Shown piece after piece: positions 17,289 to 26,439 of a DNA stretch of 64,000 bases; position 1 is the first letter of the stretch; each line of letters begins with the position of its first letter. Both the position numbers and the translations under genes were made by a program. This DNA is from an uncultured Oscillospiraceae bacterium. Lineage in GTDB: Bacteria; Bacillota; Clostridia; Oscillospirales; Oscillospiraceae. Under the pieces are notes generated by a model. That model was given only the letters and a program-made list of their open reading frames with translations, did not search any database and was not told the DNA's origin. The stretch covers positions 9,541 to 73,540 of the forward strand of contig CALXGG010000001.1 in the NCBI GenBank assembly GCA_944387785.1. Reading direction: 5' to 3'.

Positions 17289-17307
17289 AATTTAATCGCT
17301 TAAATTA
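17289..17307. promoter_or_regulatory. LacI-type operator O1
   Basis: AATTTAATCGCTTAAATT is 16/18 palindromic around a central CG. It lies 19 bp upstream of the lacI-family start. Confidence 0.55.
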
Positions 17308-17378
17308 TATTCTGTGACTATCATAATATCTCCCTCTGGATTTGTCAACAGTTTATTAGCAGATTGTCGATATTATTC

Positions 17379-17406
17379 TTGACATCCCCTTTATTTTTGA
17401 TATACT
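17379..17406 (+). promoter_or_regulatory. sigma-A promoter with extended -10 for the GH operon
   Basis: TTGACA 17379-17384, 16-nt spacer ending in TGA, TATACT 17401-17406. Confidence 0.55.
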
Positions 17407-17421
17407 TTAACCACAGATATT

Positions 17422-17439
17422 ATTTAATCGGTTAAATTA
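17422..17439. promoter_or_regulatory. LacI-type operator O2
   Basis: ATTTAATCGGTTAAATTA is identical to O1 at 17 of 18 positions. It lies between the -10 box and the RBS of the GH operon. Confidence 0.55.
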
Positions 17440-17459
17440 TTCACAGCGAGGTGATCGGT

Positions 17460-19253
17460 ATGGACCGCTATCTGCCCACCGGCAACGAGATGGTCTCCCT
17501 ACCTAAAATCAACGAACGGACCGCCGGGATCGAGGACTTTACCTTCCTCTCCATGCAGTACAAAGGCATGATCGAGGTGCGCGGCGGCGATGATACGCCG
17601 CTGATCCAGCCCTTTATCCGCATGGGCCAGGAGGACGTCCCTCTCACCGGCCTCCAGTGGAGCCGGGACCGCTGCTGGATCCCCGTGCTCCGGGCCCAGG
17701 CCGGCGGCTGCCCCTTTTCCATGACCATCCTCTCCCCTGTGGGGGAGCGGGGCTTTGCCGTGAAGCTCTCCCTCACCGCCGGAGAGGACCTCTCCCTTAC
17801 CTGGGGCCTCCGGGGGCGCTGGGACGGCAGCTGGCATTGCGTCAACGAGGACAAGGCCCTGGACGGCGTCCCCCGCTGCTACCCAAGCGGCTGGAACCAC
17901 AGCCTCATCTTCGACTTCCGCTGCGGCGCCCCCCTGTTTGCCTTCGCCCCCATGTCCGACCAGGAAACCGATGACGACTTCCTGGCGGAACAAGGCGCCG
18001 TCTCCTACACCCTGTCCCGCCGGGAGCAGGTCCCCGCCGGGGAGAAGCGGGAGCTGACCTTCTTCTGGGGCCTGGGCTTTGAGGAGGTGGCGGCGGCCAC
18101 CAGCGCCAAGGAGATGCTCCGCCGGGGCTGGGACTGGGAGTACCGCCGCACCGTCTCCTGGCTGGAACGGCGAATGAGCCCCATGCCCACCCCCCGGCTA
18201 ACGGAGATCTACAACACCAACCTGTTCTTCTGTATTTTTTACGCCACCGGCGTCACTCTGGACACCGAGGAGCTGGTCTGCGCCACCAGCCGCAGCACCC
18301 GCTACTACGTCAGCGCCGCCTACTGGGACCGGGACGTGCTCCTCTGGGCCTTCCCCGCCATCCTGGACGCCGACGCCGCCCTGGCCGAACAGATCCTCCG
18401 CTACGTCTTTGGCCGGCAGCGGCGGAATCTGGGCGTCCATTCCCGGTATATCGACGGCACGGTGCTGGAGCCCGGCTTTGAGCTGGACGAGCTGACGGCC
18501 CCGGTCATCGCCCTGGATGCCTATACGGCCCGCACCGGCCAGCGGTCCCTCCTGTCGGACGGCGACGTGCGGAAGGGGATCGCCCAGATCCTGGACACCC
18601 TGGAGGACATGGCCCATCCGGAGGTGCCCCTGTACGAGACCTTCCTCCAGCCCACCGACGACGAGATCGTCCACCCCTATCTCACCTATAATAATGTCCT
18701 GGTGTGGCGGGCCCTGGAGGCCCTGGCCCGGCTGTACCCGGAGCAATACGGCTCCCTGGCCGCCAGGGCCCAGGCGGTCAGGGAGGCCGTCTACGCCCAC
18801 TGCGTGTTCCGGGACCGGGAGGGGCGCGCCTATTTTGCCTGGTCCGTGGACCTGAAGGGCCGCCACAACGTCTACGACGAGCCCCCCGGAAGCCTGCAGC
18901 TGCTGCCCTACTACGGCTTCTGCGGGCCGGACGACCCCATCTGGCGCAGCACCGTGTCCATGATCCGCTCCAGCGCCTACGCTTACAGCTTTGCCGGCCA
19001 GCCCATCGCCGAGATCGGCTGCGCCCACGCCCCCTACCCCTGGCTCCTGAGCCTGTGCAACAGCCTCCTTTGCGGCCGCGGGGAGCAGGCTTTTCAGGAG
19101 CTGGAGATCATGGTCATGGACAATGGCATCGCCTGTGAGAGCGTGGACCCGGTCACCGGCGCCTGTGTCACCGGGGCCGCCTTCGCCACCTGCGCCGGGT
19201 TTCTCTGCCACAGTATGAAGATCGCCCTGGAGGAGGGAAATCATGCGAAATGA
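17460..19253 (+). CDS. six-hairpin (alpha/alpha)6 glycoside-hydrolase-like protein, family uncertain (GH125/DUF1237-like blocks) with an N-terminal extension
   Basis: 597 aa from ATG 17460 (RBS GCGAGGTGA). Blocks QPTDDEIVHPYLTYNNVLVW, DEPPGSLQLLPYYGF and NGIACESVDPVTG resemble GH125-type motifs from memory. It is co-operonic with the GH65 gene. Confidence 0.5.
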   Translation: MDRYLPTGNEMVSLPKINERTAGIEDFTFLSMQYKGMIEVRGGDDTPLIQPFIRMGQEDVPLTGLQWSRDRCWIPVLRAQAGGCPFSMTILSPVGERGFAVKLSLTAGEDLSLTWGLRGRWDGSWHCVNEDKALDGVPRCYPSGWNHSLIFDFRCGAPLFAFAPMSDQETDDDFLAEQGAVSYTLSRREQVPAGEKRELTFFWGLGFEEVAAATSAKEMLRRGWDWEYRRTVSWLERRMSPMPTPRLTEIYNTNLFFCIFYATGVTLDTEELVCATSRSTRYYVSAAYWDRDVLLWAFPAILDADAALAEQILRYVFGRQRRNLGVHSRYIDGTVLEPGFELDELTAPVIALDAYTARTGQRSLLSDGDVRKGIAQILDTLEDMAHPEVPLYETFLQPTDDEIVHPYLTYNNVLVWRALEALARLYPEQYGSLAARAQAVREAVYAHCVFRDREGRAYFAWSVDLKGRHNVYDEPPGSLQLLPYYGFCGPDDPIWRSTVSMIRSSAYAYSFAGQPIAEIGCAHAPYPWLLSLCNSLLCGRGEQAFQELEIMVMDNGIACESVDPVTGACVTGAAFATCAGFLCHSMKIALEEGNHAK

Positions 19254-21243
19254 TCTGTGCCTCACCCCCTGGACCATCTCCCATACGGGGGACGGCTGGG
19301 CGGATGAATTCTGCGAGAGCATCTTTTTCCTGGGCAACGGCCGGATGGGCGTCCGGGGCTACCTGTCCTCCGAGCCCGCCCCCCGCCCCGTCCAGAAGGG
19401 CCTCTACCTCGCCGGGATCTTCGGGGAGATCAAGCCGGGCATCACCGACTTTGTGAACCTGCCCACGCCAGTCCGGGAGACCATCCGGATCGACGGGGCC
19501 CAGACGGCCCTGGCTTCCCCTGTGGAGCGGGTCCTGGACCTGCGGGAGGCTACCCTGACCATGCGGTACACTCTCTCCGCCAACGGGAAGCGCCTGGCCG
19601 TGACCCACCAGCGCTTCCTGCCCAGGGAGCGGCCCGCCCTGCTCCTCCAGCGGCTGACCTTGATTCCTGAAGCCGATATGGAACTGGCCGTGTCCAGCGG
19701 CATCCTCACAGACAGCTGCAACAGCCCCATCCCCGACGACCAGACCAAGGCCAACACGGAGACGGTGCAGCTGTCCCGGCCCGGGCCTGTGGAGCCGTCC
19801 CAGCAGGGCTTCTCCTGCGCCTTCTCCATCCAGGGCACCGGCCTTACCGTTACCCAGGAGATCCGCCTCCGCTGCCCGGCGTTCGCCCGCGCTCCCGGGT
19901 GCGGCCCGGAAATCCGCCGCACCGCCAGCGCAAAGGCGGGGCAGGCCCTAATCTTTGATAAGATCGCCGCCGTCCGCACCTCCCGGGACAGGGATCCCCG
20001 CATCGCCCCCATCCCGGAGGACTGGGATTTCGGCGGGCTCCTGGCCGAGCACCGGGCGGCCTGGGCCCGGGTGTGGGAACGCTGCGACCTGGACATCTCC
20101 GCCTGCGGCGGGGATCTCCAGACCGGGCTGCGATACGCCATGTTCCAGCTCCTGGGCAGCTGCAGCGCCAAGGACCCCACCGTCAGCATCGGCGCCCGGG
20201 GCCTGACCCACGGGCGGTACAAGGGCTGCTACTTCTGGGACACAGACCTCTTCATGCTGCCCTTTTTCCTGGAAAACGACCGGGAGGCCGCCCGGAACCT
20301 ATGCGAATACCGGGTGCGCTCCCTTCCCGCCGCCAGGGCCCATGCCCGGAAGATGAACGCCGCCGGGGCCCGCTACCCCTGGATGGCCGCCCTGGACGGC
20401 AGTGAGCAGTGTGAGACCTGGGACATCGGCTGCAGCGAGGTCCACATCACCGCCGACGTGGCCTTTGCCCTGGACGCCTACTGCCAAAGATCCGGCGACG
20501 AGGCCTTCTATCTGGACAGGGCGGCGGAGGTGTTTGTGGAAACCGCCCGCTTCTGGGTCAGCCGCTACACCTGCCGCCCCGAGACCGGGGAGGCGGATCT
20601 CCTCTTCTGCAAAGGCCCCGACGAGTACTGCGGCATCACCAGCAATAATTTGTTCACCAACGTCATGGTCCAGCACAACCTGGATCTGGCCCTCCGGGCG
20701 GCGGCGGACCTGCGGGAAAAACGCCCCGCCCTGTATGCCCGCCTGGCCATCACCCCGGAGGAGCTGTCCCGTATGGCCGCCCTGCGGGGGGCCATCAAAT
20801 GGCCCCGGGAACCGTCCACCGGGCGCCTGGCCCAGGACGACACGCTGCATCTGCTGGAGCCGGCGGACATGGCGGCCCTCAAGCCGGATGACGGCGCCAG
20901 CTATCACCAGATCTGCTTCGACCGCCTGCAGCGATACAAGGTCATCAAGCAAGCGGACGTGCTGCTCCTTATGACCCGGCTGCCCCAGCTGTTCACCCCG
21001 GAGGAAAAGCGGGCCGCCTGGGAGGATTTTGAGCCCATCTGCCTCCACGACTCCACCCTCAGCTTTGCCAGCCACGCCCTCTTCGCCCTGCAGAACGGCT
21101 TACGCGAGGCGGGCCTGGCGTATCTGCGGAAGGCGCTGCTCCTGGATCTGCGGGACGTCATGGGCAACACCGGCCAGGAGGGACTCCACCTGGCCTGCAT
21201 GGGCGAGGCCTGGCAGGCCGCCCGGCTGATCGCCGGCAGCTGA
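19243..21243 (+). CDS. glycoside hydrolase family 65 (alpha-glucoside phosphorylase-like)
   Basis: 666 aa. RYKGCYFWDTDLFMLPFF, HITADVAFALDAY, GPDEYCGITSNNLFTN, KQADVLLL and GLHLACMGEAWQ are GH65-type blocks. beta-PGM is in the same locus. Confidence 0.8.
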   Translation: MRNDLCLTPWTISHTGDGWADEFCESIFFLGNGRMGVRGYLSSEPAPRPVQKGLYLAGIFGEIKPGITDFVNLPTPVRETIRIDGAQTALASPVERVLDLREATLTMRYTLSANGKRLAVTHQRFLPRERPALLLQRLTLIPEADMELAVSSGILTDSCNSPIPDDQTKANTETVQLSRPGPVEPSQQGFSCAFSIQGTGLTVTQEIRLRCPAFARAPGCGPEIRRTASAKAGQALIFDKIAAVRTSRDRDPRIAPIPEDWDFGGLLAEHRAAWARVWERCDLDISACGGDLQTGLRYAMFQLLGSCSAKDPTVSIGARGLTHGRYKGCYFWDTDLFMLPFFLENDREAARNLCEYRVRSLPAARAHARKMNAAGARYPWMAALDGSEQCETWDIGCSEVHITADVAFALDAYCQRSGDEAFYLDRAAEVFVETARFWVSRYTCRPETGEADLLFCKGPDEYCGITSNNLFTNVMVQHNLDLALRAAADLREKRPALYARLAITPEELSRMAALRGAIKWPREPSTGRLAQDDTLHLLEPADMAALKPDDGASYHQICFDRLQRYKVIKQADVLLLMTRLPQLFTPEEKRAAWEDFEPICLHDSTLSFASHALFALQNGLREAGLAYLRKALLLDLRDVMGNTGQEGLHLACMGEAWQAARLIAGS

Positions 21244-21280
21244 GCGCCGTCCATTTTCGTGCCTGCTTTGCAAACAGAAA

Positions 21281-21320
21281 AGAGCGGCTGGGATCTTGAG
21301 ATCCCAGCCGCTCTTTTCAG
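21281..21320. terminator. bidirectional intrinsic terminator
   Basis: AGAGCGGCTGGGATC ttga GATCCCAGCCGCTCT, flanked by AAAA upstream and TTTTC downstream. Confidence 0.75.
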
Positions 21321-21398
21321 GCAAAAGCGCCGCAGTCACCACCGGGAGCGGCGTGGTCCAGGAAACCCGCTGCTCTCACCCGCCCCGGCGCGAAGCGT

Positions 21399-23396
21399 CT
21401 ATCCCTCCTCAGGGTCCCGCTGCCGCACTCCCTGGAAGGTAAAGACATACACCGGGTTCTGTCCCCCCATCAGATGGTAGCCGCCGGCGGTCCGGGCCCG
21501 GGCCACCGTCAGTGAAACGGCCTCCATTTCTGTAAAGGGAAACTCCTTCATACAGCTTGTCAGCTCGGCAACAGACTCCAGAGAGACCGCCGTGGCCACG
21601 ATCCGCACCCCTGGGTTCTTTTCCAGAAGGAGGGCGAGGATCTCCCGGATGCCGCCGGAGCTGCCGCCGATAAAGACGTGGGTGGGAGGCGGCAGGGGGC
21701 CGCAGGCCTCCGGGGCCGCGCCGGGTACCACGGTGAGGTTCTCCGCCCCGAAGCGCCGCCGGTTCTCCCGGAGAAGGGCCACGGCCTCCTCCCGGCGCTC
21801 CACCGCGTAGACCCGGCCCCGCCGGGCCTGGAGGGCCATCTCAATGGATACGGAGCCGGTGCCCGCCCCGATGTCCCAGCACACCGCGTCCTCCGGCAGG
21901 CCCAGCTTGGACAGGCACACCGCCCGGACCTCGCTCTTGGTCATGGGCACCACACCCCCGGCCCCCTCCCCCCGGAGGAAGGCCTCGTCCGGAAGGCCGG
22001 CGGGGCAGGCCGCCCCGCCGGCGCAGCCCCGGACCAGCACCGCGCTGAGAGGGGCAAACCGCCCCTCCGCCAGCTCAGCCGCCGTGCCCCGGGTGATCCG
22101 CTCGTCAGGGTAGCTCAGCCGCTCCCCCACCGCCACGGACAGGCTTCCCAGCCCGGCCTCCGTCAGCCGGCGGCAGAGGTCTGCCGCGCCCTTCTCCCCG
22201 CCCACCAGGACGAAGGCCTCCCGGCCTGACCGCAGCACCGGAGCCAGGGCCAGTTCCCGCCCATGGGCGCTGAGGGGCACCACGTCCTCATAGGACCGCC
22301 CCAGCCGGGCGCAGAGATAGGCGAGGGAGCTCAGGCCCGGCAGCACCTCCACCCGGCAGTCCGCCAGCAGGGGCAGCAGCTTCTTGGCGCCGCTGAAAAA
22401 TCCCACGTCGCCGGACATCACCACCGCAAAGCGGTGGTACTCCGGGTGCTCCCGGATACAGGCGGCGATGGCCTCCGGGGCGATGGCGGCGCAGACAGGC
22501 TGGCCCGGCCGGGCCGCCGCCAGCATCCGCTCCGCGCCGATGACGCAGTCCGCCCCCTCGATGGCCCGGCGGACCTCCCCGGTCATGGCCCCGCCGCTGC
22601 CGGGGCCCATGCCCGCCACCGTGACCCAGGGCCGCCGGGCAAGGCCAAAGCGCCGGCACAGCAGCGCCGCCGTCTCAGACAGGGACAGACCCTCCTTCTG
22701 GGGCGGACGGCCCACCACCACCAGGGTGGCCCCGGCGTCCTCCGCGGCGGCGGCCTTCTCCCCGAAGCCCCCGGGGGCGCCATCCTCCTTGGTCACCAGG
22801 TACCGGGCATTGACCGCCCGGAGGGTCGCCGCGTTCAGCTCCCGGCTGAAGGGGCCCTGCATGGCGATGATGTGGGCGCAGGTCAGCCCCGCCTGCCGGC
22901 AGCCCTCCACCCTCGCCCCCATCGGCAATCTCCGGACATAGGCCCGCCGGGAAAAATCCCGGATCGATGTGTAAAGTGAAAGTTCTTTACTGCCTGTTGT
23001 CAGCAGTATGTTCCCCTCTGTCCCGTTCAGATACGCCACCGCCTGGGGGATATCCGCCGCGAACACCGCTCCCGCCGGGGCCTCCCCGCCGGAGCGGAGC
23101 AGGCGCAGGTACTCCGTGCCGGTCCGGCGGCAGGCCGCGGCGATATTTTCCGTCACGGCGGCGGCGTAAGGGTGGGTGGCGTCCACCACCAGGTCGAAGC
23201 CCTCCCCGGCAAACAGCGCCTCCATCTCCTCCTCCGCCAGGCGGCGGGCCGAGACGGTGAGGTTCTCCGCCGGTGAGAGCAATGCCTCGCCGTAGTCCGT
23301 GGCCACGCAGGCCGTGACCGCCACCGGCTGGCCGGAGAGAAACTCCACCAGCCGCCGGCCCTCCGTGGTCCCCGCAAAGACGCATATCTTACCCAT
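21399..23396 (-). CDS. fused cobalt-precorrin-6A reductase (CbiJ/CobK) + precorrin-6Y/7 C5,15-methyltransferase (CbiE) + decarboxylating methyltransferase (CbiT)
   Basis: 665 aa. N-terminal MGKICVFAGTTEGR (CbiJ-like). Central tetrapyrrole-methylase region VAGMGPGS...VVMSGDVGFFSG (CbiE-like). C-terminal SAM-MTase DIGAGTGSVSIE (CbiT-like). Confidence 0.8.
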   Translation of the reverse strand: MGKICVFAGTTEGRRLVEFLSGQPVAVTACVATDYGEALLSPAENLTVSARRLAEEEMEALFAGEGFDLVVDATHPYAAAVTENIAAACRRTGTEYLRLLRSGGEAPAGAVFAADIPQAVAYLNGTEGNILLTTGSKELSLYTSIRDFSRRAYVRRLPMGARVEGCRQAGLTCAHIIAMQGPFSRELNAATLRAVNARYLVTKEDGAPGGFGEKAAAAEDAGATLVVVGRPPQKEGLSLSETAALLCRRFGLARRPWVTVAGMGPGSGGAMTGEVRRAIEGADCVIGAERMLAAARPGQPVCAAIAPEAIAACIREHPEYHRFAVVMSGDVGFFSGAKKLLPLLADCRVEVLPGLSSLAYLCARLGRSYEDVVPLSAHGRELALAPVLRSGREAFVLVGGEKGAADLCRRLTEAGLGSLSVAVGERLSYPDERITRGTAAELAEGRFAPLSAVLVRGCAGGAACPAGLPDEAFLRGEGAGGVVPMTKSEVRAVCLSKLGLPEDAVCWDIGAGTGSVSIEMALQARRGRVYAVERREEAVALLRENRRRFGAENLTVVPGAAPEACGPLPPPTHVFIGGSSGGIREILALLLEKNPGVRIVATAVSLESVAELTSCMKEFPFTEMEAVSLTVARARTAGGYHLMGGQNPVYVFTFQGVRQRDPEEG

Positions 23397-23432
23397 GTCG
23401 CTACCCCCTGGATGTGTGATTTCCCGCCCGGC

Positions 23433-24056
23433 TCAGCGGCTGATCTGGTAGAGGAGGGCGTTGCAGATGGCGGCGGCCACGTTGCTGCCCCCCTTGCGGC
23501 CCCGGGCCACGATATAGGGCACACCGCAGCCCAGGATCCGCTCCTTGCTCTCCACCACGTTCACAAACCCCACCGGCACGCCGATGATGAGGGCGGGGCG
23601 GACCTTCCCCTGGTCCATCAGGTCCTTCAGGGCGATAAGGGCGGTGGGCGCGTTGCCGATGGCAAAGATGCAGGGCTTGTCCAATGCGGCGGCCCGCTCC
23701 ATGGACACGGCGGCCCGGGTGACGCCCCGGGCTTTCGCCTCCTCCGCCACGTCCGGGTCGGACATGAAGCAGTGGACCTCCCCGCCCAGCCGGCTCAGCA
23801 CCGTCTTGTTGATGCCGGCCATGGCCATATGGGTGTCGGTGACGATGTGGCAGCCGCCCCGGAGGGCCTCGATCCCTTTCTCCACCGCATGCTCGGAAAA
23901 CGCCAGGTTCTCCCGGTACTCAAAGTCCGCCGTGGTGTGGATCACCCGCTTGACCACCGGCGCCGTCTCCGGGTCCGGCTGGTCCTCCCCCAGCAGCTCC
24001 GTAATGATCTCAAAGCTGCGTTTCTCGATATCCATGGGCTTGACGATCTCGATCAT
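23433..24056 (-). CDS. cbiC: cobalt-precorrin-8 methylmutase (CbiC/CobH)
   Basis: 207 aa. RVIHTTADFEY and IFAIGNAPTAL blocks are typical of CbiC. Confidence 0.85.
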   Translation of the reverse strand: MIEIVKPMDIEKRSFEIITELLGEDQPDPETAPVVKRVIHTTADFEYRENLAFSEHAVEKGIEALRGGCHIVTDTHMAMAGINKTVLSRLGGEVHCFMSDPDVAEEAKARGVTRAAVSMERAAALDKPCIFAIGNAPTALIALKDLMDQGKVRPALIIGVPVGFVNVVESKERILGCGVPYIVARGRKGGSNVAAAICNALLYQISR

Positions 24057-24088
24057 GGTCGTTTCTCCTCTTTTCCTTCAGATTCCTT

Positions 24089-25234
24089 TTACGCCGTCTG
24101 CCGGGCAACGCCGCCCGGCTCTGATTCCAGGGCCTTCCAGCCCCGGCGGACGGGGATCCGCCGCTCCTCTGCCAGGGCCAGGAGCCGCCCGTTCATCCTG
24201 TTGAAGGCGCCGATAGGCGTCCCCGCGTCCACCACGCAGCCGCAGCGGGCCAACAGCGCCGCCGCCTGCTGGAAGTGCTCCTCCCCCATGGGCTCGAAGG
24301 CCGGGGCGGTGATCACATGGCCGCTGAGGGCCCGGGCTACCGGGCAGTCCACGTCGTTGTCGAAAAGAATGCCGGCGGCAAAGGGGATCTGCCGCTTCTG
24401 GAGGGCCCGGTAGCACCCGATCCCCAGGCCGCCGCCGCCCACCACGAACACCTGGGGCTCCCCCTGGGGCGCGGCCAGCTCCACGCTGCCGAACAGCAGG
24501 TCATAGGAGCCGTGCTCGATGCCGTAGAGCCGGTCGATGACCCCCTCCGCCAGGATGTCCTCCGGGGGGCCGAAGGCCTCGATGGTGTCCCCCTTGACGC
24601 ACAGCAGGCGGTCGGAGATCTTGGTGGCAAGGTCGATCTCGTGGAGGGACATGATCACCGTGATCCCTTTCTCGTGGGCCATCTCCCGGAGGATGTCCAG
24701 CAGCTCGATCTTGTGGCGGATGTCCAGGTAGGCGGTGGGCTCGTCCAGGATCAGCACCTCCGGCTCCTGGCAGATGGCCCGGGCCAGCATGATCCGCTGG
24801 CGCTGCCCGTCGGAGAGGGTGGCAAAGTCCCGCCGGGCCAGGTCCAGCGCGTGGACCCGCTCCATGGCCTCGGCCACCGCCGCCCTGTCCCGGGCCGTCA
24901 GCCTGCCCAGGGCGTTGGTGTAGGGATAGCGGCCCATGGCCACCACCTCCTCGCAGGTCATGAGCTCCGGGTGGATCCGGTCCGTCAGCACCACCGCCAC
25001 CTGCTTGGCCAGCTCCCTGGCCCGCCAGGCGCCGATCTCCTGGCGGCCGATGTACACCTGGCCGCAGATCTTGGCCAGCTGGCGGGTGATGGACTTGAGG
25101 ATGGTGGACTTCCCGGAGCCGTTGGGGCCGATGAGGGTGAGGATCTCCCCCCGCTCCACCTGGATGTTGATGTCGTGGATCAGGGCCCGGCCGTCATAGC
25201 CCACCGCCAGGTCCTTCGTATGGAAATAGATCAT
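24089..25234 (-). CDS. ABC importer ATP-binding protein with about 125-aa extra C-terminal domain
   Basis: ATG 25234 lies 6 nt after AAGGAG. Walker A GPNGSGKST, LSDGQRQ, LILDEPTA. Residues after about 255 (VFVVGGGGLGIGCY...) are additional to a normal FecE-like ATPase. Confidence 0.85.
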   Translation of the reverse strand: MIYFHTKDLAVGYDGRALIHDINIQVERGEILTLIGPNGSGKSTILKSITRQLAKICGQVYIGRQEIGAWRARELAKQVAVVLTDRIHPELMTCEEVVAMGRYPYTNALGRLTARDRAAVAEAMERVHALDLARRDFATLSDGQRQRIMLARAICQEPEVLILDEPTAYLDIRHKIELLDILREMAHEKGITVIMSLHEIDLATKISDRLLCVKGDTIEAFGPPEDILAEGVIDRLYGIEHGSYDLLFGSVELAAPQGEPQVFVVGGGGLGIGCYRALQKRQIPFAAGILFDNDVDCPVARALSGHVITAPAFEPMGEEHFQQAAALLARCGCVVDAGTPIGAFNRMNGRLLALAEERRIPVRRGWKALESEPGGVARQTA

Positions 25235-25244
25235 GGGCACCTCC

Positions 25245-26357
25245 TTACTGCCGCTGCTTCTGGCGCTTGAGCATCATGTAGATCACCACCGGCGCGCCGA
25301 AGGCGGAGGTGACGGTACCGATGGCCATTTCCGTGGGGGAAAAGGCGGTGCGGGCGATGAGGTCGCAGAAAATGCAGAACACCGCCCCGCAGAGGTAGGT
25401 GGCCGGGATGACCAGGACGGGGCGGGAGGTCTTGAGCATGGTGCGGGTGATGTGGGGCACCGCGATGCCCACAAAGGAGATGGGCCCCGCATAGGCCGTG
25501 ACGCAGGCGGAGAGGAGGCTGGAGAGGAGGATCAGGGCGGCCCGGAAGAGCTTTACGTTGATCCCCAGGCTCTGGGCGTACCCCTCCCCCAGGGCGTAGG
25601 CGGCGATGGGCTTGCTGAGGAGCCAGGACAGCACCGCCCCCGTAAGGCACAGCCACCCCGCCGTGGCCACGTTCCCCCAGTTGGCCCCGGAGAAGCTGCC
25701 CATGGACCAGCTGGTGAGGCTGATGATGTCCGACTCGCTGGCGAAGGTGATGCAGAAGTCCGTGACGGCGCTGCAGATGTAGCCCACCATGATGCCGATG
25801 ACCAGCAGCATAGACATGTTCCGCACCCGCTGGGAGAACAGCAGCACCGCGGACACGATCAGCAGCGACCCCGCGAAGGCCGACAGGATCATCACCCCGG
25901 AGCCGATGGCGCCCAGACGCGGCGCCAGCAGGATGGTGGTGATTCCCACCACCATCTTGGCCCCGGAGGAGATGCCCAGCACGAAGGGCCCGGCGATGGG
26001 GTTGCGGAAAAAGGTCTGGAGCAGGAAGCCGGAGAGGGCCAGGGCGCCGCCCAGGATCGCCGCCAGGAGCATCCGGGGCATGCGGATGCTGAAGATGATG
26101 CGGCTCTCCGGCGAGGCCGTGATCACGGCGCTGAGTTCCTGGCCGTAGCATCCGGTGAACAGGTCCAGCACTTTACAGCGCAGGCCTTCCCAGACCATGG
26201 CGAAGATATGGCCCGCGGGGATGTCCACCGAACCGGTGTTCACATTCAGCACCAGGCCCCAGGCCAGCAGCGCCAGCAGCACCGCCATGGACACCGCGAA
26301 GCGGCTCACCCCGCCCCGCCCGGACTCCTCCGGCTTCAGGGCGTCTTTCATTTCCAT
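25245..26357 (-). CDS. FecCD/BtuC-family ABC importer permease
   Basis: 370-aa polytopic ORF. GGALALSGFLLQTFFRNPIAGPFVLGISSGA block. Confidence 0.85.
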   Translation of the reverse strand: MEMKDALKPEESGRGGVSRFAVSMAVLLALLAWGLVLNVNTGSVDIPAGHIFAMVWEGLRCKVLDLFTGCYGQELSAVITASPESRIIFSIRMPRMLLAAILGGALALSGFLLQTFFRNPIAGPFVLGISSGAKMVVGITTILLAPRLGAIGSGVMILSAFAGSLLIVSAVLLFSQRVRNMSMLLVIGIMVGYICSAVTDFCITFASESDIISLTSWSMGSFSGANWGNVATAGWLCLTGAVLSWLLSKPIAAYALGEGYAQSLGINVKLFRAALILLSSLLSACVTAYAGPISFVGIAVPHITRTMLKTSRPVLVIPATYLCGAVFCIFCDLIARTAFSPTEMAIGTVTSAFGAPVVIYMMLKRQKQRQ

Positions 26358-26439
26358 TGTTCCGTCCCTCCCCTCCGGGCAAACAGGGCGAAAGGCAGGA
26401 TGGAAAGGGCCATCCTGCCTGCGCCGGATCTCCGCCGTC

